Part shown: positions 29,573 through 40,675 of the stretch, piece by piece
How positions within the stretch are numbered: position 1 is the first letter of the stretch
How the letters are laid out: every line of letters starts with the position of its first letter
NCBI GenBank assembly: GCA_964291675.2
Contig: OZ219866.1
Coordinates: forward strand, 256,001-320,000
From: Alphaproteobacteria bacterium
Lineage (GTDB): Bacteria; Pseudomonadota; Alphaproteobacteria; MPNO01
Direction: 5' to 3'
DNA: 64,000 nt
Notes under the pieces: generated by a model
Database searches by the model: none
The model's input: the letters and a program-made list of their open reading frames with translations, nothing else
What the model was told of the DNA's origin: nothing
Program-made: the position numbers and the translations under genes

Positions 29573-30145
29573 TCAGGCGGGCTGGGCGGCTTCGAACTGG
29601 ACGCAGATCTTGGCGGTCTCGTCGGCCGGGATGGGCTCGTCGGTCAGCGCGCAGTGGCACGACTCCGCCGCATCGCCCTGCGCGACGGGACGGAAATGGA
29701 CGCAGTTCACGCAGGGGCCGAATTCCGGCATGCCCTTCGCCGACTGAACCGCCCGCACCAGCCCGTCGAGACCGTCGGCAAGCCGAAGCTGCGCCTCGCA
29801 ATCGAGCGCATCCGCGGCCCGCAACACGAGGCACAGCGGGTCCTCCTCGATCAGCGCCCGCCCGGTATCGGTAAGATCGACGTTCAGGGCGCGGCGGTCG
29901 GCGTCGCATCGCAGCCGCCGGATGTATCCCTTGGCCTCGAGCGCGATCAGGGTCTGGGAGACCGTTCCCCGTGTGGTGCCGAGATAGCGCGCGATGGCGC
30001 CCGGCGAGCGCGAATAGCGGTTGGCGCGGGCGATGAACCGGAGCGCTTCCCACTGGGCGGGGTTGAGGCCGGAGGCGTATTGCAGCCCGTGGGCCATCCG
30101 GCCCAGTCGATCGACCAGCTCGGCGATGCGGGCGCATTCCGACAT
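29573..30145 (-). CDS. MarR-family regulator with Cys-rich C-terminal domain
   Basis: LNPAQWEAL, HTH A.YLGTTRGTVSQT, D.R wing, C-terminal FGPCVNCVHF...CHCAL...IC. Confidence 0.85.
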   Translation of the reverse strand: MSECARIAELVDRLGRMAHGLQYASGLNPAQWEALRFIARANRYSRSPGAIARYLGTTRGTVSQTLIALEAKGYIRRLRCDADRRALNVDLTDTGRALIEEDPLCLVLRAADALDCEAQLRLADGLDGLVRAVQSAKGMPEFGPCVNCVHFRPVAQGDAAESCHCALTDEPIPADETAKICVQFEAAQPA

Positions 30146-30229
30146 CCGGGGTTACTTAGAACCCTTGCCTCCGTTCGGCCACCCCGCCGGCAAGAAAATT
30201 TCTTGTCCGGCCCGATCCGCCACATTTTG

Positions 30230-30289
30230 TTTCGACTCGATAATGTTGTTGAACCACCTGAATCGAACCGGTATGGTATCGACTCGATA
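30230..30289. promoter_or_regulatory. Two copies of palindromic operator TATCGA-C-TCGATA
   Basis: Perfect copy at 30277-30289 and 1-mismatch copy TTTCGACTCGATA at 30230-30242, between the divergent marR and sigma genes; a further palindrome CAAGAAA-A-TTTCTTG at 30191-30205. Confidence 0.65.
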
Positions 30290-30354
30290 GGAAGTGTCCG
30301 TCCCGCTCGCCGTTCCGCTCGGAGGCGGCGGGGCGGATTTTCGGGAATCGCGTC

Positions 30355-31233
30355 ATGGCCCAAGGATCGACATCGTACCCGGACCGCGGCGACCGCCGCT
30401 ATATCTCGACCGTCATGGACGCGCCGATCCTGGAGCGCGAGCACGAGGCCGATCTGGCGCGGCGCTGGCGCGAGAAGGCCGACGAGAGCGCGCTGGGCGA
30501 GCTGATCACGGCCCATATCCGCCTGGTGGTCCGCATCGCGTCCAAGTTCCGCGGCTACGGGCTGCCGGTCGGCGACCTCATCCAGGAAGGCAATGTCGGA
30601 TTGCTGGAGGCGGCCAACCGCTTCGACGTCGAGCGCCAGGTGCGTTTCTCGACCTATGCGACGTGGTGGATTCTCGCGGCCATCCAGGAATACGTGGTTC
30701 GCAACGCCTCCATCGTGCGGATCGGCACGACCCCGGCGCAGAAAAGCCTGTTCTTCAACCTGAGGCGGCTTCGCGCCCAGCTCACCGACAACGCGCGTGC
30801 GACCATGTCGGACGAGGAGCGCGAGCGGATCGGGCGCGAGCTCGGCGTGTCTTCCGCCGCGGTGGCGCGGATGGAGGCGCATCTCTCCCATCCCGACCGG
30901 TCGCTCAATGCGAGCATCTCGGGCGACGACGGCGACGAGATGCAGGACCTGCTCGCCGACGACAGCCCCTCGCCCGAGGATATCGTCCGCGAGCGGCACG
31001 ACTTCGCGGCGCGCGCGGCCTGGCTGCGCGAGGCGATGGCGGATTTGACGCCGCGCGAACGGCAGGTGATCACCCGCCGGTTCCTCAAGGAGGGCAAGAG
31101 CACGCTCGCCGAGATCGGCGAGAGCTTCGGCGTGACCAAGGAACGCATCCGCCAGATCGAAGGCAAGGCGCTCGCCAAGCTGAAGACGATCCTGGCCGAG
31201 CGCAACGACCTCCAGGACCTCACGCTCAACTGA
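30355..31233 (+). CDS. rpoH: Sigma-32 family RNA polymerase sigma factor (RpoH-like paralog)
   Basis: DLIQEGNVGL, RFSTYATWWI, RpoH box IVRIGTTPAQKSLFFNLRR, GVTKERIRQIE. Confidence 0.92.
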   Translation: MAQGSTSYPDRGDRRYISTVMDAPILEREHEADLARRWREKADESALGELITAHIRLVVRIASKFRGYGLPVGDLIQEGNVGLLEAANRFDVERQVRFSTYATWWILAAIQEYVVRNASIVRIGTTPAQKSLFFNLRRLRAQLTDNARATMSDEERERIGRELGVSSAAVARMEAHLSHPDRSLNASISGDDGDEMQDLLADDSPSPEDIVRERHDFAARAAWLREAMADLTPRERQVITRRFLKEGKSTLAEIGESFGVTKERIRQIEGKALAKLKTILAERNDLQDLTLN

Positions 31234-31282
31234 TCCCGCCCGCCACGCTGCCTTGTTGATCCCCGCAGCCGTCGAGGCGTAG

Positions 31283-32311
<1,029 letters not shown>

Positions 32312-32399
32312 GGCAGGCGCGTCCGAACGCACGCTTCCGATGCCGGGGCTTTACACTTATAAGTTTATCGTGGGTTGACAATTACGCGCATGGGGAGCA

Positions 32400-34790
32400 A
32401 TGCGGTTTAGACGGCGGCGCGGCTTCAGATCCTGGCTGCGGCGGATCGCGGCGGCCCTCGCGGTTCTCGCGGTCGCGGTCGTCGGCGGTGCCTATCTGCT
32501 GCTCGAATCGGCGCGGCCGCAAACCGAGGGAACGATCGAGCTCGCCGGGCCGAGCGCGCCGGTTTCGATCCTGCGCGATCGCTACGGCATCCCGCGCATC
32601 GCCGCCCGGAACGAGCGAGACGCTTATTTCGCCCTGGGCTATGTCCATGCCCAGGACCGTTTCTTCCAGATGGAGTTCATGCGCCGGCTGGGCGCCGGAC
32701 GCCTGTCGGAGGTCGTGGGATCGTCGACCCTGTCGATCGATCGCTGGATGCGCGTGCTCGGTCTCTACCGCCTGGCCGAGGCCTCGCTGAACCGGCTCTC
32801 CCCGCAGGTCGTCGACGGCCTCGAAGCCTATGCCGACGGGGTCAACGCCTATCTCGACTCCCATTTCGGGCTGGTCTCGGTCGAGCTCGCGATCATGCTG
32901 ACGGTGCCGGAGAAATGGCGCCCGGCGGATTCGCTGGTCTGGGGGCGGCTGATGGGAATGCGGCTGTCGGGCAATTCGCATGCCGAGACGCTGCGCGCCC
33001 GGCTCTCCGACCTTCTGCCGCCCGAACGTGTCGACGAGCTGTGGCCCGACATCGCCCGCGACGCGCCGCCGACGATTTCGGCGCTCGGCCGGGCGGGCCG
33101 GTTCCCGTCGCTGTTCGCGGACTGGCCCGCGGCGATCGCGCCGGTCACCGCTTCGAACGTCTGGGCGGTCTCGGGATCGCAAACCGCATCCGGCCGCCCG
33201 ATCCTCGCCAACGACCCCCATCTCGGTTACCGCGCGCCGGGGCTGTGGTACCTGGCGCGGATCGAGACCCCGGGCCTGACGCTCGTCGGAGCGACCGTGC
33301 CGGGCGTTCCGATGACCATACTCGGCCATAACGGGTCGATCGCCTGGGGCCTGACGACCACGGACAGCGATACCCAGGACCTGTTCCTGGAGCGCGTCGA
33401 TCCCCTGGACCCGAACCGCTACCTGACCCCCGAAGGATCGCTTCCCTTCGGCATGCGGGTCGAACGGATCGGGGTGCGGGGCGGCGAGGACGCGACGCTC
33501 GTCGTGCGCTCGACGCGGCACGGGCCGGTGATTTCGGATGTCGACGAGAAAGCCGCGGGCATCGCCGGCTCGGGCCATGTGGTGGCCCTCGCCGCGGCGG
33601 CGCTCCGCGAAGACGACATGACCGGGGAGGCGGTCTGGCGGCTCAACCGGGCGCGCGGCTGGGAGGACTTCAACGCGGCGCTCGCCTCGTTCCACGCGCC
33701 GCATCAGAACGTCGTCTATGCCGATACCGCCGGCAATATCGGAATCGTCGCGCCCGGGCGGGTGCCGATCCGGCGGGCGGGCGACGGGCTCTACCCGGTG
33801 CCGGGATGGACCGGGGAGCACGACTGGACGGGGTTCATCCCCTATCCCGAGCTGCCCCGCCTCTTCAACCCGGCGAGCGGGCGCATCGTCAACGCCAACC
33901 ACCCGGTGGTCGGTCCCGACTACCCCTATCGCCTCGGCCACGGGGACACCCCGCATTACCGGGCGACGCGGATCCACGCGCTGCTCGATTCCGGCGGATC
34001 GCGGACCCCGGCCGGAGCGGGCGCGATGCAGAACGACTCGGTCTCCCTCGCCGCCCGCGAGCTGCTGCCGGAGATGCTGCGCGTGGTGCGCGAGACCGAC
34101 CCGCGGTCGGGCGCGGTCGGGCGGCTGCGCGCGTGGGACGGCACGATGGATCGGCGCCGGGCGGAGCCCCTGATCTTCGTGGCCTGGCTGCGCGCGCTCA
34201 ACCGCCGCCTCTACGGCGACGAGACCGGCGAGGTGTTTGAGGATATGTGGCGGCTCAGACCGGTATTCGTGCGCCGGACGCTGGAGCGCGGCGCCGCCTG
34301 GTGCGACGACGTCGCCACCCCCGCCCGCGAGACCTGCGGCGAAATCGTCGGCGCGGCGCTCGACGACGCGCTCTCCGAGCTCCGCGCACGGTTCGGCGAC
34401 GACCTGGCCGATTGGCGCTGGGGCGACGCCCATTACGCGCATTTCCGCCACCCGGTTTTCGGCTGGTTGCCGGTCATCGAGCGCATCGCCGACATCCGCG
34501 TCCCGGCCGATGGCGGCGCGTTCACCGTCAACCGCGGGCAGCACCGCTCCGCCCGCGACGACGCGCCCTATGCCAGCGTCCACGGCGCGGGTTACCGCGC
34601 GGTCTACGACCTCTCCGATCTCGACCGCTCGCTGTTCATCCAGGCGACCGGGCAGTCCGGGCACCTGACATCGCCGCACTATCGCGACCTCACACCGCTT
34701 TGGCGGGACGGGGTCTTCCTCACCCTCGGCCCGATCGCCGCCGACGCCGATGAAGCGATCAGCCTGCTTACCCTGATGCCGCGCCGGTGA
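32400..34790 (+). CDS. Penicillin acylase family Ntn-hydrolase (S45)
   Basis: N-terminal TM segment, RD.YGIP, GYVHAQDRFFQME, beta-subunit start SNVWAV, LANDPHL, GQSG. Confidence 0.92.
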   Translation: MRFRRRRGFRSWLRRIAAALAVLAVAVVGGAYLLLESARPQTEGTIELAGPSAPVSILRDRYGIPRIAARNERDAYFALGYVHAQDRFFQMEFMRRLGAGRLSEVVGSSTLSIDRWMRVLGLYRLAEASLNRLSPQVVDGLEAYADGVNAYLDSHFGLVSVELAIMLTVPEKWRPADSLVWGRLMGMRLSGNSHAETLRARLSDLLPPERVDELWPDIARDAPPTISALGRAGRFPSLFADWPAAIAPVTASNVWAVSGSQTASGRPILANDPHLGYRAPGLWYLARIETPGLTLVGATVPGVPMTILGHNGSIAWGLTTTDSDTQDLFLERVDPLDPNRYLTPEGSLPFGMRVERIGVRGGEDATLVVRSTRHGPVISDVDEKAAGIAGSGHVVALAAAALREDDMTGEAVWRLNRARGWEDFNAALASFHAPHQNVVYADTAGNIGIVAPGRVPIRRAGDGLYPVPGWTGEHDWTGFIPYPELPRLFNPASGRIVNANHPVVGPDYPYRLGHGDTPHYRATRIHALLDSGGSRTPAGAGAMQNDSVSLAARELLPEMLRVVRETDPRSGAVGRLRAWDGTMDRRRAEPLIFVAWLRALNRRLYGDETGEVFEDMWRLRPVFVRRTLERGAAWCDDVATPARETCGEIVGAALDDALSELRARFGDDLADWRWGDAHYAHFRHPVFGWLPVIERIADIRVPADGGAFTVNRGQHRSARDDAPYASVHGAGYRAVYDLSDLDRSLFIQATGQSGHLTSPHYRDLTPLWRDGVFLTLGPIAADADEAISLLTLMPRR

Positions 34791-36010
34791 CTGTCTCGCT
34801 GGACGATGTGAAGGCGGCCGCCCGGGCGATAGCCGGCAGCGTGATCGAGACGCCAACGGTCCACTCGCCGAAGCTGTCCGACCTGCTGGGCGCCCATATC
34901 GGCCTCAAGCTGGAGAACCTGCACTACACCGCCTCGTTCAAGGAGCGGGGCGCGCTGAACTGTCTGCTCGGTCTGGACGATGCCCGGCGGGCGGCCGGCG
35001 TGATCGCCATGTCCGCCGGCAACCATGCCCAGGCGGTTGCCCACCACGCGCGCAGGCTCGGCATCGCGGCAACGATCGTCATGCCGGGCAACACGCCGTT
35101 CCAGAAGGTCGCCAATACCGAGGCGCTGGGCGCCACGGTGATGCTGGAGGGAGACGACCTCGCCGAATCGGCCGCCGTCGCCGCCCGCGAGGTGGAGACG
35201 CGCGGGCTGGTTCTCGTGCACCCGTATGAGGATCCGCGAGTGATCGCCGGCCAGGGCACGGTCGCCCTGGAGATGCTGCAAGCCGCGCCCGATCTCGACA
35301 TGCTGGCGGTGCCGGTGGGCGGCGGCGGGCTGATCGCCGGCTGCATCGTGGCCGCCCGGGCGATCAAGCCGGACATCGAGATCGTCGGGGTCCAGGCCGC
35401 CCGCTGCCCGGCGATGCTGGCGGCGATCGGCGGGACCGACCCGGAGATTCGCACCGACACCCTGGCCGAAGGAATCGCCGTCAAGCGGCCCGGGCGGACG
35501 ACGCGCGCCATCATCGCCGGGTCGGACACCGACATCCTGCTGGTCGAGGAAGGCGAGATCGAGAGCGCCATCATGCTGCTCGCGGAGGCGGAGAAGCTGG
35601 TGGTCGAGGGCGCGGGGGCGGCCGCGCTGGCGGCGGTCCTCGCGCATCCCCGCCGGTTCGCCGGTCGCCGCGTCGGCGTGGTCGTCTCGGGCGGCAATAT
35701 CGACCCGCGGCTGCTCGCCGGTGTGCTGATGCGCGGGCTGGTCCGGCTCGGCCGGCTGGTGCGTCTCAGGGTGGAGATCGACGACCTGCCGGGCAGCCTG
35801 GCGCGGCTGACCCGCACGGTCGGCCGGCTGGGCGGCGACATCGTCGAGGTCGAGCACCAGCGCTGGTTCCACGACGTGCCGGCGCGCAAGACGCTGGTCG
35901 ACCTGCTGGTCGAGGTCCGCAGCCCGGGGGAGGCCGACCGGCTGGTCGCCGGGCTGACGGAAGAGGGCTATGCCGTCAGCCGCCGGGGCTCTACGTCCGA
36001 GATGCGCTGA
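34787..36010 (+). CDS. ilvA: Threonine ammonia-lyase with C-terminal ACT domain
   Basis: KLENL..TASFKERGA (PLP Lys), SAGNHAQ, PVGGGGL, EGAGA, SGGNID. Confidence 0.9.
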   Translation: MTVSLDDVKAAARAIAGSVIETPTVHSPKLSDLLGAHIGLKLENLHYTASFKERGALNCLLGLDDARRAAGVIAMSAGNHAQAVAHHARRLGIAATIVMPGNTPFQKVANTEALGATVMLEGDDLAESAAVAAREVETRGLVLVHPYEDPRVIAGQGTVALEMLQAAPDLDMLAVPVGGGGLIAGCIVAARAIKPDIEIVGVQAARCPAMLAAIGGTDPEIRTDTLAEGIAVKRPGRTTRAIIAGSDTDILLVEEGEIESAIMLLAEAEKLVVEGAGAAALAAVLAHPRRFAGRRVGVVVSGGNIDPRLLAGVLMRGLVRLGRLVRLRVEIDDLPGSLARLTRTVGRLGGDIVEVEHQRWFHDVPARKTLVDLLVEVRSPGEADRLVAGLTEEGYAVSRRGSTSEMR

Positions 36011-36500
36011 CCGCCGCCTCGCCGGCCAGCGCGTTGTAGCGGCCCCGATAGAAGAGCAGCGGCCGGGAGTCGTCCTCGCGATAGGCCATCTCCCGGACGC
36101 GTCCCACCACGATGACGTGGTCGCCCCCCTCGTGGATCGCATGGGTATCGCATTCGAGGTTGGCGAGGCATCCGGGCAGGATCGGGCTGCCCGTCTCCCA
36201 CGTGCTGTAGGCCACCCCGTTCCACTTGTCGGGCTGCGAGCGGGCGAAGTTGGCCGAAACGCCCTCCTGGTCCTCGCCGAGCACGTTGACCGCGAAATGC
36301 CTGGACGAGTGGAACGCCTCGAAGCTCATCGCCTTGTAGTCGAGACAGAACAGGCAGAGCGGCGGTTCGAGCGAGAGCGAGGTGAAGGAATTCGCGGTCA
36401 CGCCGTACGGGGTCCCGTCCGCATCGACCGTGGTGATCACGGTAATGCCGGTCGCGAAACAGCCGAACGCGTCGCGCAAATCCCTGGGATCCAAAGTCAT
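35991..36500 (-). CDS. Flavin reductase family protein
   Basis: FATGITVIT, NSFTSLSLEPPL, GGDH, PLLFYRG.Y. Confidence 0.92.
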   Translation of the reverse strand: MTLDPRDLRDAFGCFATGITVITTVDADGTPYGVTANSFTSLSLEPPLCLFCLDYKAMSFEAFHSSRHFAVNVLGEDQEGVSANFARSQPDKWNGVAYSTWETGSPILPGCLANLECDTHAIHEGGDHVIVVGRVREMAYREDDSRPLLFYRGRYNALAGEAAVSASRT

Positions 36501-36584
36501 CTCGCCTTCCGTCGTCCTGCCCCGCCGCGCTCGCTTCGGCCAGTGTACTTGAGCCGGACAGCGGCTTCAAAGCGGGGCGGCGGG

Positions 36585-37007
36585 TCAGGACTTGGCGGCG
36601 GCGGCGAAATAGACCCCGCGCCCGCTGGCGATCAGCCGGTCCTCGCCGTCGTGGACCGACGCCTCGGCGACGGCGTTGGTGCCGCCGAGACGGACCACCC
36701 GTCCCCGGGCCACCAGGTCGCCGGGCCGGGCGGCGCGGTGATAGTCGACCCTGAGATCCACGGTCGGCACCGGCACCCCCAGCTTGGCGGCGACCGCGTA
36801 ATCCGCCGCCACGTCGACCAGCGCGCCGATGATGCCGCCATGGGTGATCCTGAGCCCGGGATTGGAGATCATCTCCTCGCGCCAGGTCATGCCGATCTCG
36901 ATACCGTCCTCGGTGCAGGAGAGGATGCGGAGCCCCATCCAGGCGTTGAAAGGGGCGGCGACCAGCCGCGCTTCGAGCTCGGCGGCCGCGATCACGTTCT
37001 CGGCCAT
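36585..37007 (-). CDS. PaaI family thioesterase
   Basis: HGGIIGALVD, PTVDLRVDYHR hotdog motifs. Confidence 0.88.
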   Translation of the reverse strand: MAENVIAAAELEARLVAAPFNAWMGLRILSCTEDGIEIGMTWREEMISNPGLRITHGGIIGALVDVAADYAVAAKLGVPVPTVDLRVDYHRAARPGDLVARGRVVRLGGTNAVAEASVHDGEDRLIASGRGVYFAAAAKS

Positions 37008-37269
37008 TCGGGCCTCCCTTGACGGCTGTGTCGGGCGCCGCGCGGCCCGCGTCCAAAGCAGCGGGTCGGGACAGCCCTTTTCCGGGCCGGAGGATACATT
37101 TTAAGCTATTGAATTCCTAGGGTAATTTATGTGACAGACCAGCCGGGTCAAGCGCTCGCGGCGCTGTTCGCGGGGCTTGCCGCGATTTCTTCGGGTGTTG
37201 GCGGGCCGCCGCGGCTCGCCCTATTATCGGGTCCATGACGGGCGCAACGATCGTGGATACGACGCGGCG

Positions 37270-38007
37270 ATGACCGGCCAGCCGCTCCGCCGGCCGGACC
37301 GGATGTTCTTCGGCACCCGCGTGCTGCCCTGCCCCTATCTGCCCGGGCGGCAGGAACGCAAGGTCGTCACCGAGCTCGGCGGTCCCGGCGCCGAAGAGCT
37401 GTACGAGCGGATGTCGCGCGCCGGGTTCCGCCGCAGCCACGGCCTCGCCTACCGCCCCGCCTGCCCGAGCTGCTCGGCCTGCGTGCCGATCCGGATCTGC
37501 ACCGACGGTTTCGAGATGAGCCGGTCGATCCGGCGCGTCGCGCGCGCCAACGCGGATCTCGGCGCAAGCGACCTCGCGGCGGTCGCCAGCGTCGAGCAGT
37601 ACCGGCTGTTCGCCCGCTACCAGCGATCGCGCCACGGCGGCGGCGACATGTCGTCGATGACCTTCGGCGACTATCGCTCGATGGTCGAGGATACGCCGAT
37701 CGACACCAGGCTGATCGAGTTCCGCGACCGGGACGGCATGCTTGTCGGCGTCATGCTGGCGGACCGGCTCGGCGACTCGCTGTCGGCGGTGTACAGCTTC
37801 TTCGCGCCGGACCGGCCGCGCCGCAGCCTCGGCACCTACATGGTCTACTGGCTGGTCGAGCGCGCGGCCGCCTGTGGCCTGGCGCATGTCTATCTCGGCT
37901 ACTGGATCGAGGACTGCGCGAAGATGGCCTACAAGATCCGCTTCCGCCCGGTCGAGATCCTCGGCGCCGGCGGCTGGCAGCGGTATCGGCCGGCGGGCTC
38001 CGGCTGA
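37270..38007 (+). CDS. bpt: Arginyl-tRNA-protein transferase-like / Asp-Glu leucyltransferase (Ate/Bpt)
   Basis: CPYLP, GFRRS, YRP.C..C.AC.PIR, RH.GG.M, LSAVYSFF, SLGTY, YLGYWI..C.KM.YK. Confidence 0.9.
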   Translation: MTGQPLRRPDRMFFGTRVLPCPYLPGRQERKVVTELGGPGAEELYERMSRAGFRRSHGLAYRPACPSCSACVPIRICTDGFEMSRSIRRVARANADLGASDLAAVASVEQYRLFARYQRSRHGGGDMSSMTFGDYRSMVEDTPIDTRLIEFRDRDGMLVGVMLADRLGDSLSAVYSFFAPDRPRRSLGTYMVYWLVERAAACGLAHVYLGYWIEDCAKMAYKIRFRPVEILGAGGWQRYRPAGSG

Positions 38008-38017
38008 CCCGCAATTC

Positions 38018-40675
38018 TCAGAAGTCGAGCGAGATGTCGCGGTGGACGGCGAGGCAGCCGGAGAGCGCGCTCGCCTGGTCGCCGGTCAGGCGGTCCTGCT
38101 GCCGGACGCCGATGGTGTCGTGGATGGCGAGGTCGTAGGCGGCGAGCCCGGGCGCGAGCTCGGTCGCCGCGCGCGAACGCCAGGCAAGCTCGGTGCGAAA
38201 CGTCTCGACCGCCTGGTCGAAGTTGCGCATCGCCTTGTCGCGGTCCGGGGTGCGGCGCCGGAGCTCGCGCCGCGCGCGCGACAGCTTGCTGCGGATCTGG
38301 CCGGCGCCGGCGATCTTGCCGATGCCGCGCTCGACCTCGCGCACCGCCTCCATCGCCTGCTTGGGCGCCGCCTCGGCGATGACTTCCCGCAGCCCGAGCA
38401 ACGCGTCTTGCAGCGCCGCCAGCTTGCCCGCATCGCCGATGACGGCGCGCAGCGTGGAGACCGACTCATAGGCGCCGTCGACATTCCGGCGATAGGCGAG
38501 GCGGGCGCGGCGTTCGGCGCCGCTGAGGCTGCGGAAGCGCTTCTCGGTCTCCTTCCAGCCGGCCGGCAGCCGCGCTGCCAGCGCCTGGCGCTCGCGGACC
38601 AGCGAGTCGATCTCGGCGCGCCGCGCGGCGGCGGCGGCGGGGTCTGCAAGGGCGTCGATGCGCCGCAGCTCGGCCTCGAGCGCCTCGCGCCCCTCGTCGG
38701 CGCGGCGCATCGCCGCCTGCAGCCGGCGGACCTCGCGATGGACCGGCTTGTAGGCCGGGCGCATCCGGGCGACCTCCGCCTCCGCCTCGCGCACCTTCTC
38801 GACATGCGCGAACGTCGCCGCCGCGGAATCGAGCCCCTCGGCGAAGGTCCGGCGCCGGGAATCCGGCAGGTAGCTCACGTCGAGACCCCGTGCCGTCCCG
38901 ATCGCCCGGCGGAGCCCGTCCCGCCGCGCGTCGTACTCGCCGAACAGGTGGTCCTCCAGGCAGAGCTGGAGACGCGGGTTCTTGGGCGGCGGCGCGGTCT
39001 CGGAGCTGAGATAGACCCGGTTGGGCAAATAGTTCACCAGCGCCGGGAACAGGCCGACGATGCCGAGCGCCACGAGCTGGAGCAGGATGAACGGCACCAC
39101 GCCGAGATAGATCTGGGTGGTCCTGACCTCGGGCGGCGCGACCCCGCGCAGGTAGAACAGCGCGAACCCGAAGGGCGGCGTCAGGAACGAGGTCTGCATG
39201 TTGACGCCGATCATCACGCCGAGCCAGACCGCGGTGACGTTGGCCGAGGTGTCGGCCAGCAGGATGGGCGCGATGATCGGCACCACCACGACGGCGATCT
39301 CGATGAAGTCGAGGAAGAACCCGAGGATGAAGATCACCGCCATGACGACGGCGAACTTGGTGTAGAACCCGCCGGGCAGCCCGGTCAGGAACTCGCGCAC
39401 TCCCTCCTCGCCGCCGAAGGCGCGGAAGGCGGCGGTCAGCATCGCCGCGCCGAGCAGGATGATGAACACCAGCGAGGTGGTCTTGGCGGTCTCGACCATC
39501 ACCCCGCCCAGCGTGTCGTCGGTCTTGTAGGCGCGCCACGCGCTCCACAGCACCGACGCGACGAAGACCGCCGTGGCGACGGCGGCCAGCGCGACGGCGA
39601 GTTGGTCGGTCCCGGTCTTGATGTTCTTGACGTTGATGTCGAAGAAATAGAGCAGCACCGCCATCGCCAGCACCGAGGCGATGGCGAGCAGCGCCGGCGT
39701 GAACGCGCCCTTCTCGCCGGCATGGAGACGGTAGCCCGCCATGATCAGCGCGCCGACCGCGCCGATGGCGCCGGCCTGGTTGACGGTGGCGATGCCCATG
39801 ATGATCGAGCCCAGCACCAGCAGGATCAGCGTCAGCGGCGGCACCAGCGCCACGAGGACGCGCTGCACGAAGCGCCGGTCGTAGCGCCCCTGGAAGGGCA
39901 CCGGCGGCGCGGTGCCCGGCTTGAGCAGCGACAGGACGAGGATGTAGGTCATGTAGAGCCCGACCAGCACGAGCCCCGGCAGCAGCGCGCCGACGAACAT
40001 GTCGCCCGCGCTGGTCGAGGTGAGGCCGAACTCGGTCGGCATGCTGAACTGGCCGGTTGCCTGCTTGTACTCGGTCGAGCGCAGCGTGCTCGCCTGGTCG
40101 GTGGCGCTGGAAAGCTGGTCGGCGAGAATGATCAGCACGATCGAGGGCGGGATGATCTGGCCCAGCGTCCCCGACGCGCTGATCGTGCCGGTGGCGAGCT
40201 GGCGCGAGTAGTTGTTGCGTAGCATCACCGGCAGCGAGATCAGCCCCATCGCGATCACCGTCGCGCCGACGATGCCTGTGGTCGCGGCCAGCAGGGCGCC
40301 GACGAAGACGACCGCGACCCCGAGCCCGCCCGGGATCGGCCCGAAGAGCTGCGCCATGGTGACCAGCAGGTCCTCGGCCACCTTGGAGCGTTCGAGCATG
40401 ATCCCCATGAAGACGAAGAGCGGGATCGCGATCAGCGTGTCGCGCTCGACCTCCCAGTAGATCCCGCGGAAATTGGTCACGCCCGCGTTGAGCCACTGGG
40501 TCGGCCCGCCATGGCTGAAATAGGCGTCGGTGTCGCCTTGCAGGAGCCAGCCGGTGAGCGCGGCGAGCCCGATGCTGAGGATCGCCGAGCCGGGCAGCGC
40601 GAAGGCGACCGGGTAGCCCGACGCCAGGGCGAACGCCATCGACAGGATCAGGATGGCGAGAAACAGGGTTTCCAT
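38018..40675 (-). CDS. dctM: TRAP large permease with long soluble C-terminal extension
   Basis: AIPLFVFMG, ATTGIVGA, SGTLGQIIPPS, FFLDFIEI, QTSFLTPPFGFALFYLRG, then about 320 aa of helical hydrophilic tail. Confidence 0.92.
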   Translation of the reverse strand: METLFLAILILSMAFALASGYPVAFALPGSAILSIGLAALTGWLLQGDTDAYFSHGGPTQWLNAGVTNFRGIYWEVERDTLIAIPLFVFMGIMLERSKVAEDLLVTMAQLFGPIPGGLGVAVVFVGALLAATTGIVGATVIAMGLISLPVMLRNNYSRQLATGTISASGTLGQIIPPSIVLIILADQLSSATDQASTLRSTEYKQATGQFSMPTEFGLTSTSAGDMFVGALLPGLVLVGLYMTYILVLSLLKPGTAPPVPFQGRYDRRFVQRVLVALVPPLTLILLVLGSIIMGIATVNQAGAIGAVGALIMAGYRLHAGEKGAFTPALLAIASVLAMAVLLYFFDINVKNIKTGTDQLAVALAAVATAVFVASVLWSAWRAYKTDDTLGGVMVETAKTTSLVFIILLGAAMLTAAFRAFGGEEGVREFLTGLPGGFYTKFAVVMAVIFILGFFLDFIEIAVVVVPIIAPILLADTSANVTAVWLGVMIGVNMQTSFLTPPFGFALFYLRGVAPPEVRTTQIYLGVVPFILLQLVALGIVGLFPALVNYLPNRVYLSSETAPPPKNPRLQLCLEDHLFGEYDARRDGLRRAIGTARGLDVSYLPDSRRRTFAEGLDSAAATFAHVEKVREAEAEVARMRPAYKPVHREVRRLQAAMRRADEGREALEAELRRIDALADPAAAAARRAEIDSLVRERQALAARLPAGWKETEKRFRSLSGAERRARLAYRRNVDGAYESVSTLRAVIGDAGKLAALQDALLGLREVIAEAAPKQAMEAVREVERGIGKIAGAGQIRSKLSRARRELRRRTPDRDKAMRNFDQAVETFRTELAWRSRAATELAPGLAAYDLAIHDTIGVRQQDRLTGDQASALSGCLAVHRDISLDF

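Noticed and set aside
37096-37132. CtrA box in an AT-rich patch
   Set aside because: Only one TTAA half-site and no TTAA-N7-TTAA. Probably an ordinary divergent promoter.
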